64,000 nt of DNA from Callorhinchus milii (GCF_018977255.1 NW_024704743.1:26662001-26726000); one strand, 5' to 3'. Positions 25,433 through 38,258 are shown, numbered from the stretch's first letter. A program made the numbers and translations. The notes: generated by a model not told the origin, from the sequence alone.

Positions 25433-26037
25433 TTTTAAATTGAAGTGGCTGATGTACAACCAGTGCAAGTGAGTTGGTCTCCAAACAGCCAGTCCTCCCC
25501 ATGGAGCCATTATCATAACCGGTGTTCAAACCATCCCATGCAACACAGTCCTTACTATACATCATTATGCAAAGCACTTATTGAACACAGTGAGGGTGTA
25601 TCATGCAATCCGAAGATCACAAATCAGCAACCGCTTCTGATCCTCCGAAGTGTGTCATGCCAATCTGTGAGCAACTCTGTTCTGAAGCAACCTACTTTTG
25701 GAGCGCAGTTTGTGCTCTATTGACAGAAGTTTCTAGTTGCGATTCTAGTTACAAATAAGATATTTTAGACCCCAATAAATGGGAATTTCCAGGTGTAGGT
25801 GGGATGCATGGAACTCTTAGTCTGGACATGCTTAAGTATTATGATTGGTTTCCACATTTGTCAAACACCCGGATAACCAAAAAACGACCCCAGTGAAAAT
25901 TGGGCTTGACTAATATTTACAAAAACTTGCATTGTTGTTGCATCCCAGAGAGCTTGTATTTATTGCATGTCTGTTAAAGATAGAACATTAGAAGGGGTTT
26001 AAGCAATTTACTTGGCATTTCTCAGCATTTATACAGT

Positions 26038-26200
26038 ACATAAGAACGTAGGAATTTGCTAGACCAAAGAAGTTCAAGGTCCATCCAGTTTACCTCCACC
26101 ATCCTGACAGTCACATGTCATGTACCAAACTATATATTGTATCCCGAGATATTATTTCCATACAGAAAATTATCTCATTTATTCTTAAAAGAATTGACAC
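26038..26200 (-). mobile_element. CR1-type 3' tail (cataagaa subfamily)
   Basis: cataagaacgtaggaa...tcatgtaccaaactatatattgtatcccgagatatta; second copy at 44618-44740. Confidence 0.6.
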
Positions 26201-26814
26201 TAATACAGAAAGGTTTTTTTTTAAGTGTGCATATTTTCATATAATATGATGCAACCTGTTTGAAATGAAGCTTTTCCATTGCAATTTGTAGATGAATGTC
26301 ATGGAATGTAGGACAAAGGGTATTACTGATTTAATGATGCAGGAAATGAAAGTGCATTGGATCATGTTACAGGATTTGCAATATTATTAGGCTGTATTTA
26401 TTAGTAGACAATGAAAATTCATTATCTTTTACCAATTTTCCCCATGGGGAATGTGACAACACAGACGCAGGGGAAAGATTTCACCTAGGTCTATATTTAC
26501 TCTACTTATGTAACAATTTAAAGCATCCAGAAATTGGCAAGTTTGAAGCCAGTTTTCTGTAACTTTTTTTCAAGAACAACAGAAAACTAACTTTAAAGTT
26601 AAGACTGAATTCAACAATTTGACATATGCAGGACTGTCTTTGCTGTACATGTTTCAGTGAAGCCAGGTATTCATAGGAAACAGTCTATTACTAAATAGTC
26701 CTTGTATTTGATGAGGTGCCTTATTACAACATTGATACATCTCAAAGAGTTTCGCAGCATTTACTGTAAAGTGTAGTGACTCTATATTTGTAAGCGAACC
26801 TTATTTATTAAATT

Positions 26815-27510
26815 TGCATGTCCATTAAACCTCACATCCATGTCATTACCCATTCTGTCTTCCCTTACCTCCGCAACTTTGCCCGTCTCTGCCACTACCT
26901 TTCCCCTCAGGTCGCCAAAACCCTCATACATGCTTTCATCATGTACAGTCTTGACTATGCTAATTCCCTGTTCGCTGGGCTTCCCAACTCATCTCTCCAC
27001 AAGTTGCAGACTATTCAGAACTCTGCAGCTTGTGTTCTTTTCTGCACTAATCCCATCTTTGCCTGTTTTCACTGGTTTCTCATCTTCCATTGAGTTCAAG
27101 ATCCTTGTCCTCACCTTTAAAGCAGTCCACGCAATTGCTCCTCCCTACGTTTTTGCTCCTTCAAAACTTCACCGACCTGACTGCTCTGTCCCTCTGCAGG
27201 CACTAGCCTCCTCTTCGTCCCCTGCCATGCCTGCTCAATTATCGTCGGTTGGGCTTCAGCCGTTCTGCCACCATGCTCTGGAACTCCGTCCCAGAGTCCC
27301 TCCACCTCACTCCTTCCCTTGCTTCCTTCAAGGCCCATCTCAAGACCTTCCTTTTAAACCATCCCTTCAGTCATCTGTCCTCCTCCATTGTGCCCTTACC
27401 TTCACACCTCTCTGATGCCGACTTGAAGCTTGGGAGCAAACCCCTCATTGCTTAGGGTGTCATCCTGATGTAAAAGACGCTATATCAGTGCAATTTGCTG
27501 TTATTGTTGC
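26815..27510 (+). mobile_element. L2 3' end (ORF2 C-terminus)
   Basis: Peptide SIKPHIHVITHSVFPYLRNFARL...AKTLIHAFIMYSLDYANSLFAGLP...LQTIQNSAA; tail present. Confidence 0.9.
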
Positions 27511-27890
27511 ATTTCTTTACAAAGAATAATCAAATACACATAGTAGACTATTGAAAGGGCTGATTGATTATGCCAAACCAAATCAATAAGTCGTAAGTAT
27601 CTGCAATGCAGAAAATAATGATTTATAATAATGATTTATAATGTATCAGTCATAATATAGAAAATAGTTTGCTTTTTCAACATTTTAAATGAGATGACTA
27701 ACATGCCCTCTCATTCAGATTCTGATAAATAATACGGTATATTTTTAAGTATGTTTTATATACTGTGTATTTGTATATTCATAAATAATAAGTAATTACA
27801 TACCAATTTTCAAATATTTGTAAACAACTTGCAAAATAACTGCTAACAAATGCATAAAAATTGGTAGAATTATTTGTTATTCATGAGTGC

Positions 27891-28003
27891 ATAATAATAA
27901 TAATACTTGCATTTGATATAGCACGTTTCACGTCTTCTCGACGACTCAAAGCATTTCACAGAATATGCTGTAAAGTGAATTGACTGTATATTTGTGGGCA
28001 AAA
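27891..28003 (-). mobile_element. SINE 3' tail
   Basis: (ata)n cttgcatttgatatagcacg...gaattgactgtatatttgtgggc. Confidence 0.85.
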
Positions 28004-28355
28004 CCTAACCTTGTATGATTCAAACCTAAGATTTTTAATGGTATCTGTGAGAGTCTATCTTTTCTTGAAACCTAGATTTTTCATGGCAAACATAAAATTT
28101 GAATGGAATTAGGTTATTTTCCATTATCTGCCGCTGTCTGTGAAACCAGGTGTTGAGAGCACGAATTTTGCACCTCTTTGTCAGATGGTCGCCTAAATAT
28201 AATTTGAATAGTTAAAAAAATAAAAATTTTAAAAGGCATACTAGCGGCTAAATAAAAAAAAGTTTGTTAGCTAAGATAAATATGCAAGATGAGGGTGATT
28301 CAGTCTTGCAATCATTGAAAAAAACATTCTCCAGAAGTTGATTAGTTCAGCCTTA

Positions 28356-31300
28356 AACAACAACAACAACTTGGATTTATATAGCGTTCTCCTCCATGCC
28401 GGACGGCGCCTCAGAGTGCTTCACAGTAACAGGTCCCGGGGCCGAGGGAGGAGGAGGAAGTTGACCAAAGGCGCGGTCGAAGAGAAAGGTCTTAAGCAGG
28501 GACCTAAAAATGGGAAGAGAGGGGGTGAGGCGAAGGGAGTGCGGAAGGGAGTTCCAGAGCCTCGGGGCATAGTGGTTGAAGGCACAGCCGCCAAGGGTGG
28601 AGAGGAGGATTCGGGGCACGGGGAGGAGGCCAGACTAGAGCAACGAAGGCAACGGGTACTGTTTTGAGGAGAGAGGAGGTCAGAGAGGTAGCGGGGGTGC
28701 AGAGGAGTGGAGGGATTGGAATACAAGGGTGAGGATCTTGAAGTCGATCCTCTCTGGGACAGGCAGCCAGTGCAGTCTGGCAAGGACTGGGGTGATCAGG
28801 GAGCAGAGTTTGGTGCGGGTGAGAAAGCGGGCGGCAGAGTTTTGAATGATCTGGATTTTATGGATGGTAATGGATGGGAGACCAGTGAGGAGGGTGTTAG
28901 AATAGTCCGGCTGAGAGGTGACAAAGGCATGACTAGGGTTTCAGTCGCTTTCGGAGCGAGATATTGGCAGAGACGGGCGATGCGTCAGAGGTGGAAGAAG
29001 GCATTGCTAGTGAGGGACCTGATGTGGGGGAGGAAGGATAATTGGGGATTGAACCTGTGGCCTAGGTTCTGTACGGGTTCGGAGAGTTTTAGAGGAAGGT
29101 CGGGTAGGTGGAGGAGGTGAGAGCCGTGAGATTTTAGAAGTTGACGAGACTAAAAGAGTATGGCTTCCGTTTTGTCAACTGAAGGAAATTTGTGCTCATC
29201 CAGCCCCTGAGATCTGACAGGCAGGCTGACAGAACATCAGGGGACTGGGGGTCGCAAAGAGAGGTGGAAAAATAGAGTTGGGTGTCGTCCGCATACATGT
29301 GGAAATGTACCCCATGTCTGCGGATGACATCCCCAAGAGGGAGCACGTAGAGGAGGGGGCCAAGGATAGATCCTTGAGGTACCTCGCAGGTGACCGGGTG
29401 AGGGCGGGAGGAGAAACCGTATGTGCAGATGTACTGCTGGCGGTTCGTCAGGTAGGACTCGAACCAGGCGAGTGCGGCCCCACTGAAGTGGATGATGGAG
29501 GAAAGGCGGTGGAGGAGGAAGACTGTGTCAAACGCCGTGGAGAGGTCCAGGAGGACAAGGAGGCAGAGGGAGCCTTGGTCACAGATAGAGAGGATGTTGT
29601 TTGTGACTTTCACAAGCGCAGTCTCTTTACTGTGGGCAGCGCGGAAACCGGATTGGAGGGTTTCGAAGAGGGAGTGGGAGGAGAGATGTGCGCGAAGTTG
29701 ATTGGCAACAATGAGTTCCAGGACTTTTGCGAGGAAGGGCAGGTTAGAAGGGGCAGTAGTGGCTGGGGTTTGAGGGATCCAGGGAAGGTTTTTTGAGAAG
29801 GGGGGTGATGACAGCAGTTTTATGGGGGTCAGGGACTGATCCGGAGGAGAAGGACTGGTTGATGACGTTAGCCAGTAGTGGGCAGAGGAGGGGGAGCTGG
29901 GTGACTAGCAAATTGTTTGGGAGGGTTCGAGGCAGCAGGTGGTAGGTTTCATGGAGGTGATGGTGGGTGAGAGGGAGGAGGGAGAGATGGCAAGGAAGGA
30001 ATGTAGGAAGGGGGTGGTGGTAGGAGGAGATGATGAGCAGGGTGAAGGGTACAGAGAGGGCATGGTGGTGGGTGACAAGAAGCAGGTGGATGAGGCTGCC
30101 TGGCGGATGTTGTGAATTTTAGATGAAAGGAAGTCTATGACCTCTTTGTACTTGGCATTTGATATAAAGGTTGAGGAGGCCTGAGGGGGGGGCATGGAGG
30201 AGGTAGTGTGTGGTGGAAAAAAGGATTTTGGGGTTGAATTTAGCCTCCAAGATGAAGTTGGAGTAGAAGGCCATTTTTGCGCGTGTCAAAAACGGCGGTA
30301 GCTGTGGAGATGCTCGAGCCACAGTTGGCAGTGGACTGTCAGGTCAGTTTTCCACTATCTGCGCTCGAGCTGCCGGGTTTGGGATTTTAGGTGGTGGAGA
30401 TGGATGTTGTACCAGGGGGATCGGGTGAGTTTGGAGATGGTCCTGGATTTCAGGGGCACGAGGGAGTTGAAGGTGAAGGAGAGGTGATCATGGAGCAGCT
30501 GGACTGTTGCTTCAGGATCTCTGCAGGTGGAAGGCCAGAGGGATAGGATGTTTGATGATGAGAGGACCTTTGTGAGGGTCTCAGGGTTAGCCTTTTCCAA
30601 GGGCGGTAGAGGATGGTTGAGAGCTTGGTGGAGAAGAGAGGGATGTGAGAGGAGATGAGGAAGTGGTCTGAGGTGGCCTTGTCCACTATGCTGAGGTCAG
30701 AAATGTCAAGGCGGGGGGTGATAAGGAGGTCAAGGGCATGACCACGGTTGTGGGTAGGTGAATTTATATGAAGGATGAGGTTAGGGAGAAGACGAGGGTA
30801 GCGAAGTCGGCAGAAGTAGTGCAAGGGGAGTTTAGGTGGAGGTTGAAATCGCCCATTATGAGTAGGCGCTCGGAGCAGAGGGACAGGGAAGAGAGGAGTG
30901 TGAGATGTCTGTGAGGAAAGAGCCGGGGAGCTTAGGGGGCACTAGAGAAGGAGGATTTTCAATGGGAGAGAGGGATAGAAGAGGGTGAGGTGCTCGAAGG
31001 AGGGGAAGCAGCCAGAGGAGGAGGGGGTGAGACCAAGGTAGGCTTTGGAAATGAAGGACACCCTGCCGCCACGTTGGTTTGGACGAGGGGTGTGGTGGAA
31101 GGTGTAGCCTGGAGGGGAGGCGTCCACTAGGGGGAACGGGGTCATTGGGGGAGAGACAGGTTTCCGTCAGCCCAAGAATGTCAAGGTGCTCGTCCAGGAT
31201 GAGGTCGTGGATGGTGAGGACTTCAGTTGAGAGGAATGGACGTTTTGGAGGAAAATGCGGGTGAGTTTGCTGGAGGGAGGAGAGGGAGGAGAGACTGATG

Positions 31301-31960
31301 CAGAGAGGATTTTGGGTTGTACAGGAGAGATGGTTGTGGAGAGTGATGTAAGTGGAGAGTTGGGGAGGGCACACACCAGGGAAGGGGAAGTTGGGTTTGC
31401 CTTAAGGAGGCGGTTTGAGCGGAGGGAGTGAATGATTGGACACGTGGGTTTGCTGGTCTGGGACAGCCAGTGCTGGGAGTCATGATGGTCCGGGCGGAGG
31501 ATGCCCAGGCTGGAGCAGAGGGAAGTGGTGATGGGGTCGAGGAGAGAGAGAAGGCGGGGAGGGCGGTGGAAGAGAAGGACAGAGGGGGAGTAGCGGATAG
31601 AGAGGTGTGGGAGGAGAGACATTTGGAGCGGATGGGGAGAGGGAGGCTCGGGTCGGGGCGGCAGCCAAAACGTGCAAGCAGAGACCGGGAGCGAGCGATC
31701 AGTGGGACGTCATCAGCCCTCAAGCTGTCTCTCAAGTCATGGCTGGGATGGCAGTGGCTGGGGCTGCGAGGCCATTGTCGTTGTTGCTGGTTTTTTAACT
31801 GTCACGCCGACGTCACTTTGTGAATCGCCCCCCCTCCCCTCACTTACCCGCCTCCCGCACTCTCCTGACTCCGCTCCCGATTGAGTGGCTCCTCTCCTGG
31901 CTGTGCTTTATGCCCGCAGCTAGGCCTCGCCTCCGCCCCGCGCTCTTCTGACTCCACTCC
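28356..31960 (-). mobile_element. Near-full-length L2 LINE (APE endonuclease + reverse transcriptase), decayed
   Basis: EN motifs LDILGLTET, GDFNLH, PTHNRGHALDLLIT, SDHFLI. RT motifs LLDLSTAFDTV, VPQGSILGPLL, YADDTQLY. C-terminal AFNHYAPRLWNSLP, (TTG)n tail, GC-rich 5' UTR. Many frameshifts. Confidence 0.95.
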
Positions 31961-32021
31961 AGTAAAACCTGTTATTATATACAAGACAAAAATGTCTGTC
32001 ACATAATAATAATATTCATGT

Positions 32022-32090
32022 TAATAATGATAATCCTTGCATTTGATATAGCACCTTATCATATTTTTGAGATGTCTCAAAGCGTTTTCA
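32022..32090 (-). mobile_element. SINE 3' tail
   Basis: taatccttgcatttgatatagcaccttatc...gatgtctcaaagcg. Confidence 0.8.
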
Positions 32091-32134
32091 TCATAATTGG
32101 TTTTAGAATGTATGTTACATTGGATAATTAGATA

Positions 32135-32272
32135 ATTATTTGGGGAGGACAAGTTTGTAGGGCTTTGTAGGGAGAGTGCCGGAGAGTGGGATTGAATGGG
32201 ATAGCTCTTTTCAGAGCCACGATGGGCCGAATGGCCTCCTTCTGTGCTGTATAATTCTATGATTCTGTGATC
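32135..32272 (+). mobile_element. CR1 3' tail
   Basis: gatgggccgaatggcctccttctgtgctgtataattctatgattctgtg. Confidence 0.8.
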
Positions 32273-34065
32273 CTGTGAAGGACTTTGGGATGTCCCCCCA
32301 CGTGAATGTAAAGTTTATTATTCATATTTAGTGCATTTTTATATACTTGTTTTAGTTGTTTAAAACATGCAGTGAGTTATCTTTATCGGACGTTTCCAAG
32401 ATGGTGATTTGTACAGGCTGCAAGATTTATATTTTCCGTGGAGTTTTCTGCAACTTATAGCCACTGTTTCATTATTCGGGCCCTGCTGTCAGTAAGATAC
32501 TCATGCAGAAAGAGTCTTTATTTGTTTCACTTGAAAAGTTGAAATTATTTTCTCCACAACAACATTGCAATACTGACAGGTTCATTGCATATACTGGACC
32601 TTGTGTAAGTGTCATAATGAATAATGCAGCACTAAGGTTTAAGCACTTGTTTTATATTGCAAATTCCATCATAACTGGTATTAGAATGTATGATGTATTG
32701 TGACTCACTGTGGGTTATTCTATGCGTTTAGGTAAATAACCCCAGCATTGCGTGAGATTATAATATTAAAACAGCAATAAACTATAAGCAACGTACAATT
32801 ATATGTAGCCTTTCAGTTATGGTAGCATCTTGCATATGAGAGAATAACATTAATTGATACACACCCTAATAGTTGCCATGATCAGTGTTGCTAATTTAGT
32901 GGTGATATTTATTTATTTACAGCTGGAAACCCGTAGAGGAAAATGTACATCGGTAGCAAATTTGTGAAAAGCACCTCAAAAGCACCTCAAAAGTCAATAG
33001 GCCTGAAATTCCACATGGTCTTGGCCTGATTTTGTCCTGATATATAAGGTTAGAATAAGAGCAGAATTGTTGAAAATTATTCTATTCTGTTTACATTCGG
33101 AAGCCATAGTTCTTAAAAAGGAACAGTTTTTTTTTCTAAATTTAGATTGGAGTTTAAGAATATTTCATCTTCCTGCATCATTCTCAATTTTAAGACCTGA
33201 ATACCCAGTTTGTTTTACACTGGGTACATTTAAAGACTAAATTTTTTATTTTTCGTTCAGCCTAATTGGGTTGTAAAATTATTAACAATATTGAGCTAGG
33301 TTGAAAATCTACATTGGATATAAAGCTGCCTGATATTTTCATTATCCATCTTCTGATATATCCAAAATGCTTAAACTGCCTCAGTTCTTTTCCATATCCT
33401 GTCACTCCCAATAGCCAAGCCTCACGGAGAATGGGTTATTCTGCATTACGACAAAGAAATTGTGACATGCGAAACTTGGTCTGAAACAACGATTTATATA
33501 GCACCTGTCACGCAGGGTAGAGTCTGAGAGCGCTTTTATGCGGTTGTGTGCAGAGAGCTCTGATGTGTGTGAAACTGGGATTCATACACATCAGAATTGT
33601 CTTCAAATAAGCTTCATTGATATATTGTTCACTGCTCAGCATTAGATGGAAGAGAGGCTGGGAATAGAATCTCTAAGAGTTGAACCCACTGAAGTGTCAA
33701 ACCCGAACTTCATGTTTAGCATTGCAAAATGATAAACAAAATTAAAGCATATTATATTAAAATGTTCTCTGAGTTGATTTATTATTCTGTCTCATTACAT
33801 CATGTCAAGACTACATTGTAATGAGGTGCAAATGAGAGTTAAGAAATTGGATAGTGGCTTGGGACCTACACAAAATCAAACAAATTGATAATGAAAAGAA
33901 CTCAAGGTGCTTTAAATAACTCCTTGTGCCTCCATGTAAAACAAAGCAGTATAGATTCCCTGAGCCTTGTTTAACTCACTCAGCTTCATTTCTTAGCCTT
34001 CCAGCAACAAAAAATAACTAAAAGAAATGTGAAGAGTTTGGTAATTAAAAAGCTATATGTCAGAG

Positions 34066-34410
34066 TAATAAATAATCCTTGCATTTGATACAGTGTGTTA
34101 TGACATATTTGAGATGTCTCAAAGCGCTTCACAGAATATAATATAAAGTAAATTGACTGTAGATTTTGTGGGCGAAACGCAGCAGCCAATTGCGCACAGT
34201 GGTGTCCCACAACCAGTTGTGACCAAATTATTATAGAATTTTTTTTTAAGGAGTTATTACCCCTGGAAAAGCGATCCGCCTATCGACTAACGACTGATTC
34301 CGACTTCCCGCTGGTGTAAACAGAGGTGTGTGGAGTAAGGAAACTTGCCTAAGGTTTTGCCCTGCCTGGGAATCGAACCCAGATCCTCTCACCACTGAGC
34401 TACAGGACTC
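34066..34410 (-). mobile_element. Full-length SINE2-1_CM-like SINE, anticodon arm deleted
   Basis: Complete tail and body; head gggaatcgaacccagatcctctcaccactgagctacaggactc. Confidence 0.9.
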
Positions 34411-34477
34411 TATCCCTGAGCTGAAGATTTTTCATTTTCTAAATTATGGCCCTAAATCGGGCTCTAAGGTTTCATTC

Positions 34478-34545
34478 TATCTGGGAATTGAACCCAGCTC
34501 CTCTCATTTGCGAGGCAAGTATTCTAACAATAGGCTACAGGACTC
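34478..34545 (-). mobile_element. Second SINE tRNA head
   Basis: gggaattgaacccagctcctctcatttgcgaggcaagtattctaac...gctacaggactc. Confidence 0.75.
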
Positions 34546-35969
34546 CAAGATCATGTCATCGATGCTGCCCAACTAAAGAATCATTTGAGTGCTTATTCTT
34601 GGATTATTCCAGCATTCAGATCTGATTTAGTGAATATTAAAAATCATTCTTATTTTGAAATAAGTAAACTGAGTAAGCTAGCTGCTTAGAGTTCGGGCAG
34701 TTTTAGGGAGAGACGAGAAGGAAAATGGGCAGAGATTGGGAATCAGAAATTAAAATCAAAGACTCTGGATATGTACTGCAGATAAATCAACAACAGAGAA
34801 AGGTTTTCAATCAAGTGTGGTTAAAAGATTACAGTACCGAGGAAGATTACCTGCTTCACCAATGCTGCCAAGCTGAATGGCAATCTGCAAAGTTATACAG
34901 CTGTGTGACCATGCATTCAGGTGAAACAAGAATGAGCAGCCTCAAAGACATTTTCAATCCCCAAAGTACAGGAGAATTTTTTTATGAAGGGCATCCACTT
35001 AGCCATTGTGTCGATGTGTCACTATATTGTTGAAAAAAGCTTCAGCTTCTGTGGCAGAATCCAGAGTCAAGGAGCAATTTTCAAACGATACCTTGGCATC
35101 TTGTTGCTTGACAGTACAGTATGTGATTTGCCGCAGGTCCCTTCTCTTCGTAGGCAATAAAGTGCCCTTCTTTACCATCCGTAGCTTCCTAGCAATTGTC
35201 TTCCTCCATCTCTTCAGGAATGATGATCTGTGGCAGCATGAATATTTTTCATGTATGAATCTACCTTAGGCCTCTCCAATGACTTAAGATGTTTATTAAA
35301 ATGGTCAACAGTGAAGCAATGCCAGTGATATTTTAAGCCTAACATTGTGTTAATGATCACTGGCATAACTGGCCACGAGGTGCCAGAGAAGCCCTCTTGG
35401 CCAGTGGTCTTTTCCTGTCAGACTTTGATCACCGCCATCTTTGTTATTCTTCAAGCGGAGGTGAGTGTACAATGTACAATGTAAGCCCTAGAGTGGTTTT
35501 TCAGTGTTGTGTTTGTTTATTTTTCAGGGTTGATCTCAGAAGGAGAGTCTAAATACAAGGCATCGCTGGCCAAATCAATGCCCTATTGATCGAGCCCAAC
35601 AAGCTTTAGGCTTCTGGGCCACTCAGTAACAGGTTATATTTTGGCTGGAGAGAGCAGAGATTTTGTCCACGCAACCACCTGACAGAATCTGACCTCTTCT
35701 GCTTACCCGTAATACTTTATGAATCAATAAAAGTCATTATTTTATCGACCAAAATTCCTTATTTAATAGGATGGAAATGGACAAAACGTGTACAAATTAC
35801 ATATATATTGCACCTTTCATGCTTCTTTTACTACACATTTTATTATAATAATGATTATAATAATCCTTGTATTTGATATGCCACCTTATTACTTCAAATC
35901 ATCTCAAAGCACGTCACAGGATTTTTACCATATTAATCATTGTAACTTTAGTAACTTTGTCAGATTTGC

Positions 35970-36450
35970 CACCTTTTGATGAATCTTTAAACCAAGGTCA
36001 AGTCTGCCTGTTTCGGTAGACATTAAAGATCACATGGCACTATTCCAAAAGAAGATAGTTTCTTCTAGTTTCAATGCTGAACAATATATAAACAAAACAT
36101 GGAACAAACACTCTAGGGCTTACATTCTACATTGTACACTCGCCTCCGGTTGAAGAATAACAAAGAAGGCAGTGATCAAAGTCTGATTATAGTAAATTAT
36201 GGTAACTATATATTTGTAGACGAACATAGTAGACAGTCTGTGGCCCTCAAATCAACTAACATAAAAATGAATGTCCTTTTCTTATATGGAAAATTGTTTG
36301 CCAGGACACCAGAAAAAACTATCTTCTTTTGGAATAGACCCATGGAATTTTTAATGTCCACTTGAACAGGCAGACAGGACCTCAGGTGAAAGTCTCATCC
36401 AAAGGATGGCAGATCTGACAAAACAGCACTGTTCGTCAGCCTAGATCATG
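35970..36450. mobile_element. Old DeuSINE fragments (about 35970-36070 plus, 36255-36450 minus)
   Basis: taaagatcacatggcactattcc on plus; gtctcatccaaaggatggcagatctgacaaaacagcact is the reverse-complement Deu motif. Confidence 0.6.
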
Positions 36451-36487
36451 GTGGTCCAATTGGGCTGAGGGATGATATCATCCAGCT

Positions 36488-36560
36488 CACAACAACAAGA
36501 TACAACAACAAGATTCCATTTATAAAGCGCCTTTCACGTCAGGAGGACGTCCCAAGGCGC
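36488..36560 (-). mobile_element. L2 3' tail
   Basis: caacaacaagattccatttataaagcgcctttcacgtcaggaggacgtcccaaggcgc. Confidence 0.85.
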
Positions 36561-36659
36561 AATTGCACTGTGTGTCTGGAGTCCAGGCTTGGTCTGATCC
36601 TGCAGGAAAAACAGTTGGTTAGCAGCAGAACCTGTGAATTACTTTAAACCGGTAACAGA

Positions 36660-36732
36660 GCAGAGAGATACAGAGACCCACAGAGAGAGAGAGAGAGAGC
36701 GAGTGACACTCACACACACGCACACACAGAGA
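36660..36732. repeat. Compound (GA)n/(CA)n microsatellite
   Basis: Seen directly. Confidence 0.9.
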
Positions 36733-36734
36733 GT

Positions 36735-37245
36735 GTCCTCTCCTGCACCAGGCTCCGTGACCCCATCACCACCACCCTCACCAGGCTACACTGGCTCCCC
36801 ATCCCCCAGAGGATAGAGCTCAAAATCCTAGTCCTTAGGTTCAAGACTCTCCAAGCCCTTGCCCCTTCCTACTTCTGTGACCTGCTAACCCTATATTGAC
36901 ATGTCCGCTCACTCCATTCAGCAGGCTGTGGCCTGCTCCACATCACCTTCCCTGCCCACCATCGGGATTCATGTCTCCTGCCTCTCCGCTCCCATCCTTT
37001 GGAACTCCATCCCACATTCCTTTCGCTTTGCTCCCTACCTTGCCTCCTTCAAGGCATGTCTCAAGACCCTCCTCTTCGATCTTGCCTTTGGCCATCCTAC
37101 TACCCTGCTTGCCCTCCACTCATCTTGCTTCCACCCCGAACCCCCTGCTAATGTACGAATCCCTGACTGTCCAGTGCCTTGGGACATCCTCCAAATGTGA
37201 AAGGTGCTCTACAAATGTAATTTTGTATTGTATTTTATTGTATTG
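36735..37245 (+). mobile_element. L2 3' end
   Basis: Peptides LHWLPIPQRI and APILWNSIPHS...FKACLKTLLFDLAF; (tattg)n tail. Confidence 0.9.
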
Positions 37246-38258
37246 GTTCTTATGCGTTATGGTTCTGGAAAGAAAACACAAAATATTGATTATGTGGTCT
37301 GCAGACATTTCTCAAATCAGGCACCCGGCCTTCAGTAGCCAAAAGGGAGGACTACCTGACCTAGATTATTAGCTCAAGGTTTCCCAGCACAAAGAATTTC
37401 CTGAGTATGTTCTTTTCTGACAGAGGACATTTTGTAGCCCTGTGAATGATCTGAAATTTTGATGCTTGAAAGTTTGAAAATGAATGTTACAATAACATTT
37501 CCATTGATATAGCACCTTTCACGTTGGGATGGCCTCTCAAAACATGTTGGTAAGCATTGGACCAGACTTCTTCTCACTCTTCTCAGCTGATAAAGATTTC
37601 AAGATCACATTTCTGGTTAGGAGTATCAGTGTTCTCCTAGTGAGCAAAACTGGCTATACTACACTACTGTAGTATTGTCCAGAGGTATCATCAGTCTTGC
37701 CTCTCGTACAGATAATCACAAAATGAACAATTTTCCCTATTATATGCTATCATAGTGATAGAGGTGTAATCATTCATACAATCAGAATTCTCTACATCAC
37801 CATCTAATTTTAGTGCTTTTGAGGTTCACTGCTGCTCCCTGCCAACAGATCATTATATTGTAGAATCCTCCATTCCCCCTGGGCTTGGACTCTTTTCAAC
37901 ATACCAAAAAAATAGAAACCATACATATGTGGTTTGGTTTGAATACTCTTAAGCATGGCAGTGGGTTTCTGTACGTTTTGACAGAAAATAACTCCCTCAG
38001 GAAGGTAGGATTAAAATGTAGTTTAGTGTGAGATAGGAGGAAACAGTACAAATAGAAATCAGGAATTCAGGCATCCTATAATTTATACATAGATATTAAC
38101 TCTATGGAGAGGAATTCTACAATATTCTGCCTGTCTTTTTAAAGTGGTGAAAACTGAGATAGGGCCTGTTCTGGAAGCAGAAAAAAAAAGGTGTGTGGCC
38201 AGCACATTGACTTTAAGCAGCCTGATTCTTTCAAAGGTGAAATAGGATTGGATTCTAT

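Noticed and set aside
25440..25560. Minus-strand peptide DWLFGDQLT resembling a transposase motif
   Set aside because: Expected downstream motifs were not found beyond the SINE insertion
29134..29613. 159-aa RT ORF as a functional, retron-like or domesticated reverse transcriptase
   Set aside because: Part of a frameshifted L2 ORF2 with deletions in conserved motifs
28707..31884. Several long plus-strand ORFs
   Set aside because: Antisense shadow frames of the purine/pyrimidine-skewed L2
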